DNA of 64,000 nucleotides from a bacterium (GTDB lineage Bacteria; UBA10199; 2-02-FULL-44-16; JAAZCA01). Where the stretch lies: NCBI GenBank assembly GCA_963674695.2, contig CAXXGI010000003.1, positions 448,001 through 512,000 of the forward strand. The letters run 5' to 3'. Of this stretch, positions 39,392 through 49,217 are shown piece after piece. The notes beneath the pieces were generated by a model. That model saw nothing but the letters and a program-made list of their open reading frames with translations, ran no database searches and was not told the DNA's origin. Each line of letters begins with the position of its first letter. Position 1 is the first letter of the stretch. A program made the position numbers and the translations under genes.

Positions 39392-40813
39392 CTAGTATTG
39401 CCTCGACGCGCCATATTGCTTTACAAGCCCCATCTTCATTGAGCGCCCCAGAACATTGAACAACATCTTCCTGAATGTTGGGTGTGCCATCAAATCAGCG
39501 TAAATAGTTTCTCCGCCCTTCTTTGAAACTATCTTGTCTAGCTGTGTAGCAAGGTATGACTTCACGGGGAACGAACGCCCTGCCTTCTGCGCCATCGCTG
39601 CAGTTACTGCGCCGCCCATGTCACCCGTTGCGGCATAGCCCAACGCCCCAGCGCCACCAGTTGACATTGGGTGTGCAACCATCACGGCTCCGTTTTTCAA
39701 ATCCTTTGCCATGGAGTTGGAAACGACATCCACAAGTTCATTGTAAATATGATATTCCTTGTTTAGAAACGATGCTTCAGGGACGATCTTGTTGATTTCC
39801 GCCCTAAGTCCATCCGCAACCCCTTTAGACCATTCACGCTCAACCGCGGCCACTGCGTCAACATTGCCCAACTGCTGCGCGTTATATATAGATTTCGCAC
39901 GGTCTGCATGAAGTCGCTTAATGATGTTGGCCTCCATTGGATTCAATATCTTGCTATTTGGTTTTATCAGCTCCCGCGTTGGAACATATGAGAACTCATG
40001 GCGCGCGTGCTTACCAAGAAACTCCGCTTCTTTTCGTTCCAGTAGCTTCAACCCCTTCAAATCGTTGAGCCTCGTTAGCTTTTGGCGGACTGGCTGCAAT
40101 GATTGCATGATTTTGTGTGGATCAATTGAAGCCTGCGACGCCTCATTCAGCACTGTGTCTAGCTGCTGGCCAACGAGCTTTTTGTCGCGAACAACCCTGT
40201 TTAAAACATTGCGTTTCATACCGTAAACGCCCCGCTTTGCGGCCTCCTGTCCCAATGTCAGCTCACCCTTCACGATGTTTCCAGCGATTTCCTTTGTGGG
40301 AGTAGGGAACGCAGACGTTGCCAATCTTTGCTGCAATGGCTTGACGTAGTTCTTCGCACCGAATCGGCCAGCAATTTTCATTGCTTGACCAACGGGGAGT
40401 GCTTCTGCTGCCATGCTTGCTGATCCTGTTTGGGCCGCCCTTCCGATCGTTTCGCGCATTCCTTTCGGCTTATGCCACCCAAGAGCTTGACGAATCGCAT
40501 CTTCTGCGACTTGCCCCCCTGCACCACCAAGGCCAGCACCGGCGACACCAAAAAGTGGTGCGGTTACGGGCGACCCAAGACCTCCACCCGCAGGGAGCCC
40601 AGCCATTCCACCCAGAACAGCACCCCCAACATACCCCGCCATCGGCAGTTGCCCGCTCAAGAGATTTCTATCGGCCCAACCGCCTTTGTCGAAAGCGCCA
40701 GCGTCCTTATCGACCAATCCTCGACGCCGGGCCTCGGCAAGAAGTTGCTTTTTGCCTTCTGGCAATTTCCCACGCTTTTCAAGCTCGACCATTATTTGAA
40801 TTTTATTGGCCAT
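39392..40813 (-). CDS. Putative ejection / internal virion protein
   Basis: Gly/Ala-rich hydrophobic stretches, helical; last of four such genes. Confidence 0.6.
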   Translation of the reverse strand: MANKIQIMVELEKRGKLPEGKKQLLAEARRRGLVDKDAGAFDKGGWADRNLLSGQLPMAGYVGGAVLGGMAGLPAGGGLGSPVTAPLFGVAGAGLGGAGGQVAEDAIRQALGWHKPKGMRETIGRAAQTGSASMAAEALPVGQAMKIAGRFGAKNYVKPLQQRLATSAFPTPTKEIAGNIVKGELTLGQEAAKRGVYGMKRNVLNRVVRDKKLVGQQLDTVLNEASQASIDPHKIMQSLQPVRQKLTRLNDLKGLKLLERKEAEFLGKHARHEFSYVPTRELIKPNSKILNPMEANIIKRLHADRAKSIYNAQQLGNVDAVAAVEREWSKGVADGLRAEINKIVPEASFLNKEYHIYNELVDVVSNSMAKDLKNGAVMVAHPMSTGGAGALGYAATGDMGGAVTAAMAQKAGRSFPVKSYLATQLDKIVSKKGGETIYADLMAHPTFRKMLFNVLGRSMKMGLVKQYGASRQY

Positions 40814-41628
40814 TATTCACCCAATTGTTTCATGAGTTCTTCATCTGACATAGCAGAAATGCCGTTGTCTTGAGAGCCAGACCCGCCAAGTTCAACGCGC
40901 TTTCCAATCAAGTCTGTAAAAAGACTGTTCAAAAGCGAAACGCTTTCTTGCCTAACTTCTGACTGTGGGTGCACTAACCCCTTCAACGCATCGAGCGCCA
41001 TTTTCGTTTCCTTCTCTCCCGCGTTTCCAACGTCGCCCATTGCCCGCCTCAATAGTGGGCCGCTTATATTCAGCACGTTGTTATATGCTTCCCTCTGAGG
41101 CAACTGGCCAAATCCTTCCATCGCTGAATTCATCGGACCTTGTAACCGTTTGCCAACAAAACCGGACGAAGATGGGATTCTTTTGGCTGCCTTTACAAAC
41201 GTATTCAACATGCCGACGACTGCCTTTTGCGTATTCTGCAAATCAGACTTCGTGCCCATGAAAGCGTTTCTTGTTTTAATGAACTGGTTCGCCATGTCCA
41301 AGTTGCCATTGACGGCTTTAAGCAATTCGCCATATTTTATGTCAGCAACTGGTTTACCGAGCATCGTGACTTCATTATAAAAATCGTTGTACGCTTTTTC
41401 CTTAAATTTCTTGCCCACCTCTGCCTTTGCAGATGCAGCAGCGGTTGCTTTTGCCGCAGCGACATCCGCTTCTGCTGAAGGGCTGACGAATGTCGGACCT
41501 GTCTTTGAAAAGCGTGTCATCACGGGGGCGGCGCCACGCTCACTGGGCATCTGAAAAGTAGACTTCGGCGCGGTTTGAGTAACGGTCCGCACACGTTTTT
41601 TTTCACTCGGCATCATAAAATCAGCCAT
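40813..41628 (-). CDS. Putative ejection / internal virion protein
   Basis: Helical Ala/Lys-rich; C-terminal ISAMSDEEL; translationally coupled. Confidence 0.55.
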   Translation of the reverse strand: MADFMMPSEKKRVRTVTQTAPKSTFQMPSERGAAPVMTRFSKTGPTFVSPSAEADVAAAKATAAASAKAEVGKKFKEKAYNDFYNEVTMLGKPVADIKYGELLKAVNGNLDMANQFIKTRNAFMGTKSDLQNTQKAVVGMLNTFVKAAKRIPSSSGFVGKRLQGPMNSAMEGFGQLPQREAYNNVLNISGPLLRRAMGDVGNAGEKETKMALDALKGLVHPQSEVRQESVSLLNSLFTDLIGKRVELGGSGSQDNGISAMSDEELMKQLGE

Positions 41629-41631
41629 AAT

Positions 41632-42078
41632 TTACCCCCCTTGACGGGTGAACCCCTTTTCTTTCAGCCAATCGACATCCTCTTGAGTGCCCGGAACCTT
41701 TTTCATTCCATTTGAATGCACCCACACACCGAATGGCGCTTCTCTCCCGACTCCTTCATTCGCGATAATCGTTCCGACTCCTCTGTCAACTGGTGGAGCA
41801 TCATTCGGACCTGCGAGTCCCGGCATTCGTGGAAAAGTTCCACCGCCTGACCCCATCGGGGAGCCACCCACCATGCCCATCATTTGAGACATAAATGGAT
41901 TTTTCATTTCTTGATAAATTGCCCTGTCCTCTGGCGACAGATTCTTGAACATCTCAAGTTCACTCTTGAGCTTTGCAAGTGCGTTCTCGCGTTGCATTTT
42001 ATTCCCCATTGCCTGGGAAACACCCTGCCCAAATCCGCCGCCGATCTGTGCGCCCATTTGGGCCCATCTGCTAGGCAT
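41632..42078 (-). CDS. Putative ejection / internal virion protein
   Basis: N-terminal MGAQIGGGFGQG typical of pilot-type proteins. Confidence 0.55.
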   Translation of the reverse strand: MPSRWAQMGAQIGGGFGQGVSQAMGNKMQRENALAKLKSELEMFKNLSPEDRAIYQEMKNPFMSQMMGMVGGSPMGSGGGTFPRMPGLAGPNDAPPVDRGVGTIIANEGVGREAPFGVWVHSNGMKKVPGTQEDVDWLKEKGFTRQGG

Positions 42079-43585
42079 GATAACCCTCCATTATTGACGG
42101 GATCGTTGAACCCAATTTCACCCCGTTGACGTAGTAAAAACCGCAGTCCGTCAGTATGTCGTGCGTGCAGGTTGAATCGCTGCTCACAACATCCGTTCCA
42201 ACGAGATTGTCAAAGTACGGGTGGCCGTCACTCATCACAACATCGCCCGTGTCAAACTTATGGAGGTAGAACTTGTGATTTTCAGGCCGCAAGCAACAGC
42301 TTGTTGCGAGAACCTTCCCACCCTTCACGGAGTCGCCGGGCCTGACGTCCTCTACGTTTTTAGATCCGTCGTCCGTTTCAATCTTCGTTCCCTTTGGCAG
42401 GCAGAACATGCCCATACCTAGACCTGCTCCGATTCCACCCGCGATCCCACCCGCGGCGCTCCCAATGAGCCCTGGGCTTCCCTGACTTCCAGGTTGTCCG
42501 CCAGTGGAAAGTTGGTACAGCCGGAAGAGGTCGTTCATTGGCTGACGCTGCATTTCGTTTTGCAATCCATACTCCCCGAGGGCCAACTGACGGGCACCCG
42601 TCTGCTGATTAAACGCCTGATTCTGCTGCTGTAGTTGCTGCTGGCGCTTCTGTAAGGCCGTCTGCGCCAAGAACTGAGCTTGCTGATCCGATGCGCCCTG
42701 CTGACGGAAAAGTTCCTCCGCCTGGGCTTGCTGACGGGCGAAATCGGACTGCTGCTGCATCCCCTGCTGTTGCGTGTTTAGGTTTGCGCCGAACTGAAAT
42801 GCCCCAAGCTGCTGCTGCCCCTGCTGCGCTGCCAACTGTGATGCGATGTCCGCAAGTCGGTTGCTCTGCCGATCACGTTGAGTCATTATCGCCTTGGTGG
42901 TTCCGCCAGTCGTCAACATCCCCCTTGCGTTCATGTCCTCAAGAATTCCAGCTCGCTCATCGGTGCCTTCGCGCTGAGTGAGACGCTTTGCAATATCGTA
43001 TTGTGGCGTGAACGAATCGCCGACCGCTTTCATCGGGTCGAACCCCTGAAAGTCCCAGTTGTAGCCCTGGAATTGGAACGGGTTGCGAGATTGAAAGTTG
43101 ACGTCGAAATCTGGGAGCTGCGACGCTTCCGCTATTGCATTCGCGTTCTGCTGATTTGCAATATCTTCGTTGAGTCCCTTTTCCCTTGCCGATTGAAACA
43201 TCCGACCAAGGCCACTAAATGGCCCCTTGTATTTCGTGCTCGGGTCATTTGCCGTATTGATATTCGATAGCTGCGATTGAAGATCACCAAGACGCTGCTG
43301 GCCTTCTAGCAAGTGGCTTCCCGAAAAGGTGGTCGGTGTCAGTTGACCTGAAATGGCCTGTCCGGGTGTGAATCGATTTGCAGATGCAGGGGAAATAGTC
43401 CCGAGCTGTCCCGCATAGCTATTCATCTGCGGGTACAGATCGGGATACATCCCCATGAACTGCGAAAGCATGTAATCGTTCAGCATGCCGCCCTGGGTAT
43501 CCCACCCTGGGCCTCTGAACGCTTGCGGATCACTTCCACCACTACCAAACAGCATGTCGGTTATGAAGCCTGCGCCTCCGAACAT
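42071..43585 (-). CDS. Putative ejection protein with C-terminal Hint (Hedgehog/intein) domain
   Basis: Gln-rich helical body, Gly-zipper GLIGSAAGGIAGGIGAGLGMGMF, then CLPKGTKI...VEDVRPGDSV...SDGHPY...THDIL...YYVNGV. Confidence 0.75.
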   Translation of the reverse strand: MFGGAGFITDMLFGSGGSDPQAFRGPGWDTQGGMLNDYMLSQFMGMYPDLYPQMNSYAGQLGTISPASANRFTPGQAISGQLTPTTFSGSHLLEGQQRLGDLQSQLSNINTANDPSTKYKGPFSGLGRMFQSAREKGLNEDIANQQNANAIAEASQLPDFDVNFQSRNPFQFQGYNWDFQGFDPMKAVGDSFTPQYDIAKRLTQREGTDERAGILEDMNARGMLTTGGTTKAIMTQRDRQSNRLADIASQLAAQQGQQQLGAFQFGANLNTQQQGMQQQSDFARQQAQAEELFRQQGASDQQAQFLAQTALQKRQQQLQQQNQAFNQQTGARQLALGEYGLQNEMQRQPMNDLFRLYQLSTGGQPGSQGSPGLIGSAAGGIAGGIGAGLGMGMFCLPKGTKIETDDGSKNVEDVRPGDSVKGGKVLATSCCLRPENHKFYLHKFDTGDVVMSDGHPYFDNLVGTDVVSSDSTCTHDILTDCGFYYVNGVKLGSTIPSIMEGYHA

Positions 43586-44136
43586 TTCGGCCCGTCTTCC
43601 TCCGACACAGGAGCCGACACTCCCCTTTTGTGCAATTTATTGAAAGCGCCCTTCGTGACAGAGTATCTTTTCACGTCGTGAAACTCGCCATCCGCATAAA
43701 CCTCGTTTTCGAACGTCCCATCTTGCTTGAACCCCACCTTTTCAAGCAGTCCGATCGACGCTTCGTTGTCTGCGCGCGGCGTGCCGATGATCTTGTAGAA
43801 GTTCATCGAGTTCATGACATAATTGCACATGAGTACGAACGCGCCATAGAACAGCCCGTTACGCTGATGTGCCTTGTCGATCATTCCATGAATGTGCAAA
43901 TTCCTGTGCCTCTCCTTGATCTCCGATAGCACAATGATTCCGTAAACCTCATCAGGAACCTCTGTATTTACGATCACGAAAGCATTTCTGACGTCCCTCG
44001 ACATCGAAAGCGTGAACGGCTCGGAATTGCCGAAGAACATTTCGTAATCACCTGAATGATTCCACCGATACACGTGCCCCGCATGAAACTGCGGCTCATA
44101 TGGAATCAGCATCACTTTGTTATTTGAAAGTCGCAT
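43561..44136 (-). CDS. GNAT acetyltransferase (RimJ/RimL-like)
   Basis: HQRNGL, DNEASIGLLEKVGFKQDGT, GEFHDV. Confidence 0.82.
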   Translation of the reverse strand: MRLSNNKVMLIPYEPQFHAGHVYRWNHSGDYEMFFGNSEPFTLSMSRDVRNAFVIVNTEVPDEVYGIIVLSEIKERHRNLHIHGMIDKAHQRNGLFYGAFVLMCNYVMNSMNFYKIIGTPRADNEASIGLLEKVGFKQDGTFENEVYADGEFHDVKRYSVTKGAFNKLHKRGVSAPVSEEDGPKCSEAQAS

Positions 44137-44145
44137 TAATATCCC

Positions 44146-45135
44146 TCACAGGTCTAGCCAGCTCCCGAATGCTGCCCTAACGAGACTTCCACTGCCACCG
44201 GCATTTGCTGCGTGCGATGCGTCCCCACCGTATCCGCCGCATCCGAACGATCCGCCGCCGCCACCACCAGCATTCGAGCCCGCCCCATCAACGCCTGCAC
44301 TTCCGCCCTGAGTTGTAAAGGAAAGGCTCCCTGTATAAGCTCCGTTCGTTCCGGTGTCTATTGTCGGGGCGATTAGGATGATAGTTCCACCACCGCCGCC
44401 ACCACCGCCCTTGTGACTGGAACCAGCACCACCACTTCCGCCACTGCACTTTATGCCGTAGTAATCCAACGATATTGATGATTTGCTGACAACCACAACA
44501 AGGCCACCAGCACCACCGCCGCACCCCGCAGCAGAAGCACCACCGCCTCTTCCTGTATCTCCGCTTGCGTCTATGTAGTTCAACACGACATCGCCACCGG
44601 CGATGATGACAAATGTTCCGGAACCGTGGGAATATGCGTTTGACGAAGCCCACGCGTTCCCTTGCCCAAGGCCACCAGCGCCAGCATGTTCAAACCCAGA
44701 ATATAAAGATGTCGCCATAAGGTGATTTGTGCCTGACTGATACGCGCTCGGAATCGATATTGCATCGCCGCCAGCCCCGCGAGTTCCAGCGGCACCGGCA
44801 GCGCCATCGGTAGCATCGCCCCACCCGTCAACGCCGTAGACATTGCTGTTCACCGTGTTTGAAGATAACGAAATAAAACCATTTGAAGCACCAGCAAGTG
44901 CGCCAACGGTAACATCACCCTGTACCCTCCACACTACCCGTTGCGCTTTCCATGGGTTAACGGCGGCAGTCGTTCTCAAATAAATGCCAGATCCAGTTGC
45001 GACGTTCACGCTCGTGTAATCTCTCGATGTTGCTGTGTCGGTAACTCCTGGCGCACCGCTGGACTCATTTAATGCACCATCGGACCCATCACCGCAATAC
45101 CACTCGTTCATGTCACCAACTCTCAGCCTCACCAT
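44146..45135 (-). CDS. Gly-rich tail fibre-like protein
   Basis: GDGSDGAL start and many GGGGGG-hydrophobic repeats; real start may be 45111. Confidence 0.6.
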   Translation of the reverse strand: MVRLRVGDMNEWYCGDGSDGALNESSGAPGVTDTATSRDYTSVNVATGSGIYLRTTAAVNPWKAQRVVWRVQGDVTVGALAGASNGFISLSSNTVNSNVYGVDGWGDATDGAAGAAGTRGAGGDAISIPSAYQSGTNHLMATSLYSGFEHAGAGGLGQGNAWASSNAYSHGSGTFVIIAGGDVVLNYIDASGDTGRGGGASAAGCGGGAGGLVVVVSKSSISLDYYGIKCSGGSGGAGSSHKGGGGGGGGTIILIAPTIDTGTNGAYTGSLSFTTQGGSAGVDGAGSNAGGGGGGSFGCGGYGGDASHAANAGGSGSLVRAAFGSWLDL

Positions 45136-45827
45136 ATCAACTCCATCGATATAATCCGAAATACTTGTGCGCCCGAGGTCTTTTCGATCTTCCCGACTAT
45201 AACATCTCCGACAGCAACCGCGGTTGAGTTGATTTCCCCACTTGTATCAGTGACAGCAATTGCCTCACTGTAATCAAACTCGTCTGCGGCAGCAATTGAC
45301 ACAATGCTTGTTCCGCTTGCAGTTTCAGTGTTTATGCTCGTGTCGATAACGTCGCCTTCATCGATGAGGCCGACCCAACTATCAAACTCGTGCGTTATCG
45401 CCGCAGCATTTGCATCGGTGAATCCGATCCGCAACTTCAACTGCGTACCGACCTTGTACTCGTAAGGAACAACGGTCTTAAAGGTAATCTGATCGTCGTT
45501 GGACATATCCACCGTGGTTACATAGTAATCCTCACCACCGATAGTAAGGGTGTATGCACTAGATGAAGGCTCCGTTCCGCCGTCGCCATAACCAATCGTT
45601 TCGATCCTCTTGCGCCCGTGCGCCGTCGTTATCGTCGCATTGGACAGTGTAGAGGCCCCAGAGAACACATGCGCGCCGATCCAATCGTAATCGTCCGTCA
45701 GGTCCATGTTGTCGGCGTCAATGGTGCCGTTCTGAAGATTATAAAGCTCATCGAACCGTGCATTGACTTCCAGCGCGTCGGCGACGGTGCCGTTCGTAAA
45801 TGTATATGGATCTGATTTAATCGCCAT
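45129..45827 (-). CDS. Tail fibre/connector protein
   Basis: PYTFTNGTVADALEVNARFDEL N-terminus typical of podophage fibre anchors. Confidence 0.6.
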   Translation of the reverse strand: MAIKSDPYTFTNGTVADALEVNARFDELYNLQNGTIDADNMDLTDDYDWIGAHVFSGASTLSNATITTAHGRKRIETIGYGDGGTEPSSSAYTLTIGGEDYYVTTVDMSNDDQITFKTVVPYEYKVGTQLKLRIGFTDANAAAITHEFDSWVGLIDEGDVIDTSINTETASGTSIVSIAAADEFDYSEAIAVTDTSGEINSTAVAVGDVIVGKIEKTSGAQVFRIISMELIW

Positions 45828-45838
45828 CGCAAAACCCC

Positions 45839-46300
45839 TTACTGATATTTTATGCGAACACCGTGCATATCAGAATTCATGTCAGTTGATGTCATGCTCA
45901 AATAATAACCGTAATTCATGTAATCCAATTCAACGTTAAGAGACATTGTTTTCACAACGTCTGCATTGGCAGCGGAATGCGTATAGTTAATATGATCTAT
46001 CTCTGTTTGCGTTCCGTCGATGTAAGCCAGTTTATAAAAATACACATTGTACGTTTCGAGATTCAGAGCCTGAAACGACCAGTCGATTGATAGTATCGAC
46101 GCGCCGTCACTCAACACAACCTCCTGGTCCGTGTCGCCAGATATAAACCTAAATGTCCCACCTCCCGGATATGTTGCATATTTTCCCTTAATCATCTGTG
46201 CATATAAAACGACGTACCACTTGCGCATCCTAACAAAGAAATCTGGATATTCTCCTGCGTCACGAGGTTCATTCGGTGGCGTTCCTATCTCGAATATCAT
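45839..46300 (-). CDS. Phage tail-region hypothetical protein
   Basis: ATGA overlap with the upstream gene; start MIFEIG at 46300. Confidence 0.5.
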   Translation of the reverse strand: MIFEIGTPPNEPRDAGEYPDFFVRMRKWYVVLYAQMIKGKYATYPGGGTFRFISGDTDQEVVLSDGASILSIDWSFQALNLETYNVYFYKLAYIDGTQTEIDHINYTHSAANADVVKTMSLNVELDYMNYGYYLSMTSTDMNSDMHGVRIKYQ

Positions 46301-47886
46301 TCCACATACTCCGGCTGTGACCCAAGATCGGTGACTCCGATTATCATTTCGTCCACCTTCATAGCTTCGCTTGCCGACGAATGACTCATCTGCGTCAGCA
46401 CCCAACGCCCAGAGATGGCCCTTTCTCCATCTGAAGGAGTCAATCTGCATCTGGTGTACTTCGTCGCGGGTGATGACCAATTATCAGTACCCCAAACAAG
46501 CGTGCCCCACATTCCGCCGGATGCTGCAATTGAGATTGCCGCCGCGCCGGACATTCGTTGTGTCGCAGCCGTAACCGTCATGTTCGTTGCGGATGACTGC
46601 GTGGTCTGCACGTTCAGGTCGGTCAATAACTTGACGTGGCTCGGGGAACCGAAATCAATCTTGCCTGTCTGCCATTTGCTGACGATCGTTTTTGAGTCTT
46701 CATCAAGTAATCCATAATCCTGCCGAAGCGCAAAACCGTTATAGTCACCAGTGACTGGCATCTTCAAACCAGAGGCGCTTTCAAATATCGCCATAGCGTT
46801 TGCATTTATGCCGACATGATAAAGGTTAGAACTCAATGTGCGGCCAGTCTTCTCGTCCGAGAAGTTATCGTTGAAATAATCGTAAACCATGATCTGGCTG
46901 TGCGTGGAATCAGACCCAAGTGACATCGAAAGCCAATACTGATTCAACCCTGTGTAATTCATACTTGAACACACGTTGTGTCGCGATCGGCTCATCGTGT
47001 CATAGAGCGGCTTTGCCGGGTCGCCCAACTGAATCAGGTTCTTTGTCCCGTTGAATCCCTTGATCGTCCCTTCGGTGGAGAGAAAGACAAGAATGTTCCC
47101 GTACCGTCTGGACTCAACCTCACGAATCGAGTATCCGGATGCGCAGCCCTCACCCGAAACGATTGTCTCGGTGTACATGTCGCGCGCAGGACTCGACCCG
47201 GAAATGGCATATATTCCGCTTGGCTTGAATACGATTACACGGTCGGCATAAATCGCATGCCCCGTTATGTTCTCACCACCGCCGGAAAACCTCACCACGT
47301 CATTGAGAAGATCCCAACTTTCACCATCTCGAAGACCGGACAGGTAAACAAAGTCATCCACCACGACCCACAGCTTATTCTTGTGAACAAGTGGCCACTT
47401 GAAATATTCTGGAGGAGAGCCACCAAGGTCTGCGGCATCTCCCGTGCCTGTCCATTTGATCGCCGCTGCATCGCCTTCCTTGCATCCGATGATAATTTCA
47501 TTCGCCGCCCCAGAATCGTAGAACGTGGCGAATGAGGCCAGCTTGTCTGCGTCGTCCGTGAGCGTAACCGACCCCGTCTTGTCCACCCAAGCCCCAGCGG
47601 TCAAATGCTTGAAAGCGTCGCCGCCCATGCCGACCTGATACAGCGTCCCGCCCAGCTTCGTGCTGTACAGCCCGACAAGAGGCTTTGCAGTCGTGTCCGT
47701 CTTCTCCTTGAACGCAACAGCGTTGAGCTTTGTGGAGCCTTTGCGCTGCGAGACAGCTTCCTCGCCGATATTCACATTCTGAAGGCCGGAAGACTCCCAA
47801 AGATGAATTGCCGTGTCTGAAATCTTGGTATTCAGCCCAAGAAATCGTTCAATCCGAACCGGAGTTGTGGTTTTCTCCTGGCCCAT
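46297..47886 (-). CDS. Tail nozzle / DNA stabilization protein (P22 gp10- or T7 gp12-like)
   Basis: FLGLNT start, RKGS, beta-propeller-like repeats, position after the adaptor. Confidence 0.65.
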   Translation of the reverse strand: MGQEKTTTPVRIERFLGLNTKISDTAIHLWESSGLQNVNIGEEAVSQRKGSTKLNAVAFKEKTDTTAKPLVGLYSTKLGGTLYQVGMGGDAFKHLTAGAWVDKTGSVTLTDDADKLASFATFYDSGAANEIIIGCKEGDAAAIKWTGTGDAADLGGSPPEYFKWPLVHKNKLWVVVDDFVYLSGLRDGESWDLLNDVVRFSGGGENITGHAIYADRVIVFKPSGIYAISGSSPARDMYTETIVSGEGCASGYSIREVESRRYGNILVFLSTEGTIKGFNGTKNLIQLGDPAKPLYDTMSRSRHNVCSSMNYTGLNQYWLSMSLGSDSTHSQIMVYDYFNDNFSDEKTGRTLSSNLYHVGINANAMAIFESASGLKMPVTGDYNGFALRQDYGLLDEDSKTIVSKWQTGKIDFGSPSHVKLLTDLNVQTTQSSATNMTVTAATQRMSGAAAISIAASGGMWGTLVWGTDNWSSPATKYTRCRLTPSDGERAISGRWVLTQMSHSSASEAMKVDEMIIGVTDLGSQPEYVE

Positions 47887-48851
47887 TACGTCCTCGGAAA
47901 GTTTGACGGAAACTGCGCAACCGGCAAGGAACTGCTGAGGCTGAACGAGTTCAACGACCAGACACCGGAAGGCTGTTTGTCGTCTGCAATCATGTCCTTT
48001 ATTCGCAGCTTAAACTCCTCATACGTCGTCCGAAACATTGAATCGTTGTTCAAATGCTTGAAGCAGCGCGCAATCGCATAAAGCTCCGGCACGTCATGAT
48101 ACTTTTCGGGGATTAGCGAGATGTCATCGTTCGCCGACAACGTTTGCAACGCCATCGTGAAGTCATAGTAAATCGTGTCCACGGAGTCGGGAACGCTGTA
48201 GAGCGACACCATCGGGTGCGAAACCGACCTATCCTTCGGGGCAATGGCAACATTCGTCACCGCAGCCGCGTTCGATGTGACCGTCACCGTTCCCACTGAC
48301 CCGGCGCTCTTGGATAGGCTCATCACCTTTGTGTAGGAATGCGTTGAGCTGACAGGCGTTGTGCCGTTCAGCGTAACCGTCTCTGGCACGAACACCCCGG
48401 ACCCGTTTAGCCCCTGGATGTTCACAACGACAGCGGTATCAGAATCGCTCGTGGACACGAACGACAACACAGAAGCCGCAGACGGCTGATTCTGCACCGG
48501 TGAGTACCCAACCAGGCGGTACAGATACGCATCCCCTGTGGACTCTGCACCTGGATCAAACCGCCTGAATTCTGCTTCGGTCTGATTGTCGAGGTGTCGC
48601 GGGGTGTCCGTACTGTACATCGTGATAATCTTTGACGTGTCCACAAGCGGGCTCAAGGCATACGTCTGAGTATCTGCCGCCGTGGTGAGCGTATAGCCGT
48701 ATTGGCGAAGCCACGACCACCCCTGCCGCTTCCCAGACGAAGACCCAACGATCTTCTGTCCACGGTCAAGCCAACGGATAATGATCGAGTCAATATCCGT
48801 GATCGGATGACACTCGGCGTTCACGTTTTTGACCTGCTCCGCTACGTTCAT
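47886..48851 (-). CDS. Head-tail adaptor protein
   Basis: IIRWLDRGQ...WSWL...YAL; LIPEKYHD; position after capsid genes. Confidence 0.65.
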   Translation of the reverse strand: MNVAEQVKNVNAECHPITDIDSIIIRWLDRGQKIVGSSSGKRQGWSWLRQYGYTLTTAADTQTYALSPLVDTSKIITMYSTDTPRHLDNQTEAEFRRFDPGAESTGDAYLYRLVGYSPVQNQPSAASVLSFVSTSDSDTAVVVNIQGLNGSGVFVPETVTLNGTTPVSSTHSYTKVMSLSKSAGSVGTVTVTSNAAAVTNVAIAPKDRSVSHPMVSLYSVPDSVDTIYYDFTMALQTLSANDDISLIPEKYHDVPELYAIARCFKHLNNDSMFRTTYEEFKLRIKDMIADDKQPSGVWSLNSFSLSSSLPVAQFPSNFPRT

Positions 48852-49144
48852 TTTCCATGTTCCTTCGTGATGTGCATCTTCATGCCTTTTTCAGTTGCGC
48901 AGACATATCCGCACAGCTTGCACTTGAATTTTTCGACACCAGAGCCAGCAACAGGCGATTCCGGCATCTTCTCCGGCTCCTTGACCTCCGGAGTCTTCTC
49001 CGGATCGAGCGGCTCTCCTGGGGCTGCCTGTGCAGTCACCGGTGCCCCGTCCTCAGCGGGCGGACGCCAGAAATCATATCCATGGGGCGGCATGGCTTTC
49101 TCAACCTTCGGGTCTCTGAAAAAATCCGGTGTATCGTATCCCAT
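48848..49144 (-). CDS. Small protein with C-terminal C2H2 zinc finger
   Basis: FKCKLCGYVCATEKGMKMHITKEH; RBS AAGGAGG. Confidence 0.7.
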   Translation of the reverse strand: MGYDTPDFFRDPKVEKAMPPHGYDFWRPPAEDGAPVTAQAAPGEPLDPEKTPEVKEPEKMPESPVAGSGVEKFKCKLCGYVCATEKGMKMHITKEHGK

Positions 49145-49172
49145 TGTTCCTCCTTTAATCGGTTTGCGAGAC

Positions 49173-49200
49173 GGAGCCCCGGGGGAGGGCTGGGGGCTCC
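49173..49200 (-). terminator. GC-rich hairpin after the capsid genes (possible terminator or processing site)
   Basis: GGAGCCCC...GGGGCTCC; no clear U-tract. Confidence 0.4.
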
Positions 49201-49217
49201 GCCCTAAAACCGCTCGA

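Noticed and set aside
42074-42403. Classical self-splicing intein or homing element
   Set aside because: No terminal His-Asn, no endonuclease domain and essentially no C-extein; interpreted as a cleavage-type Hint instead.
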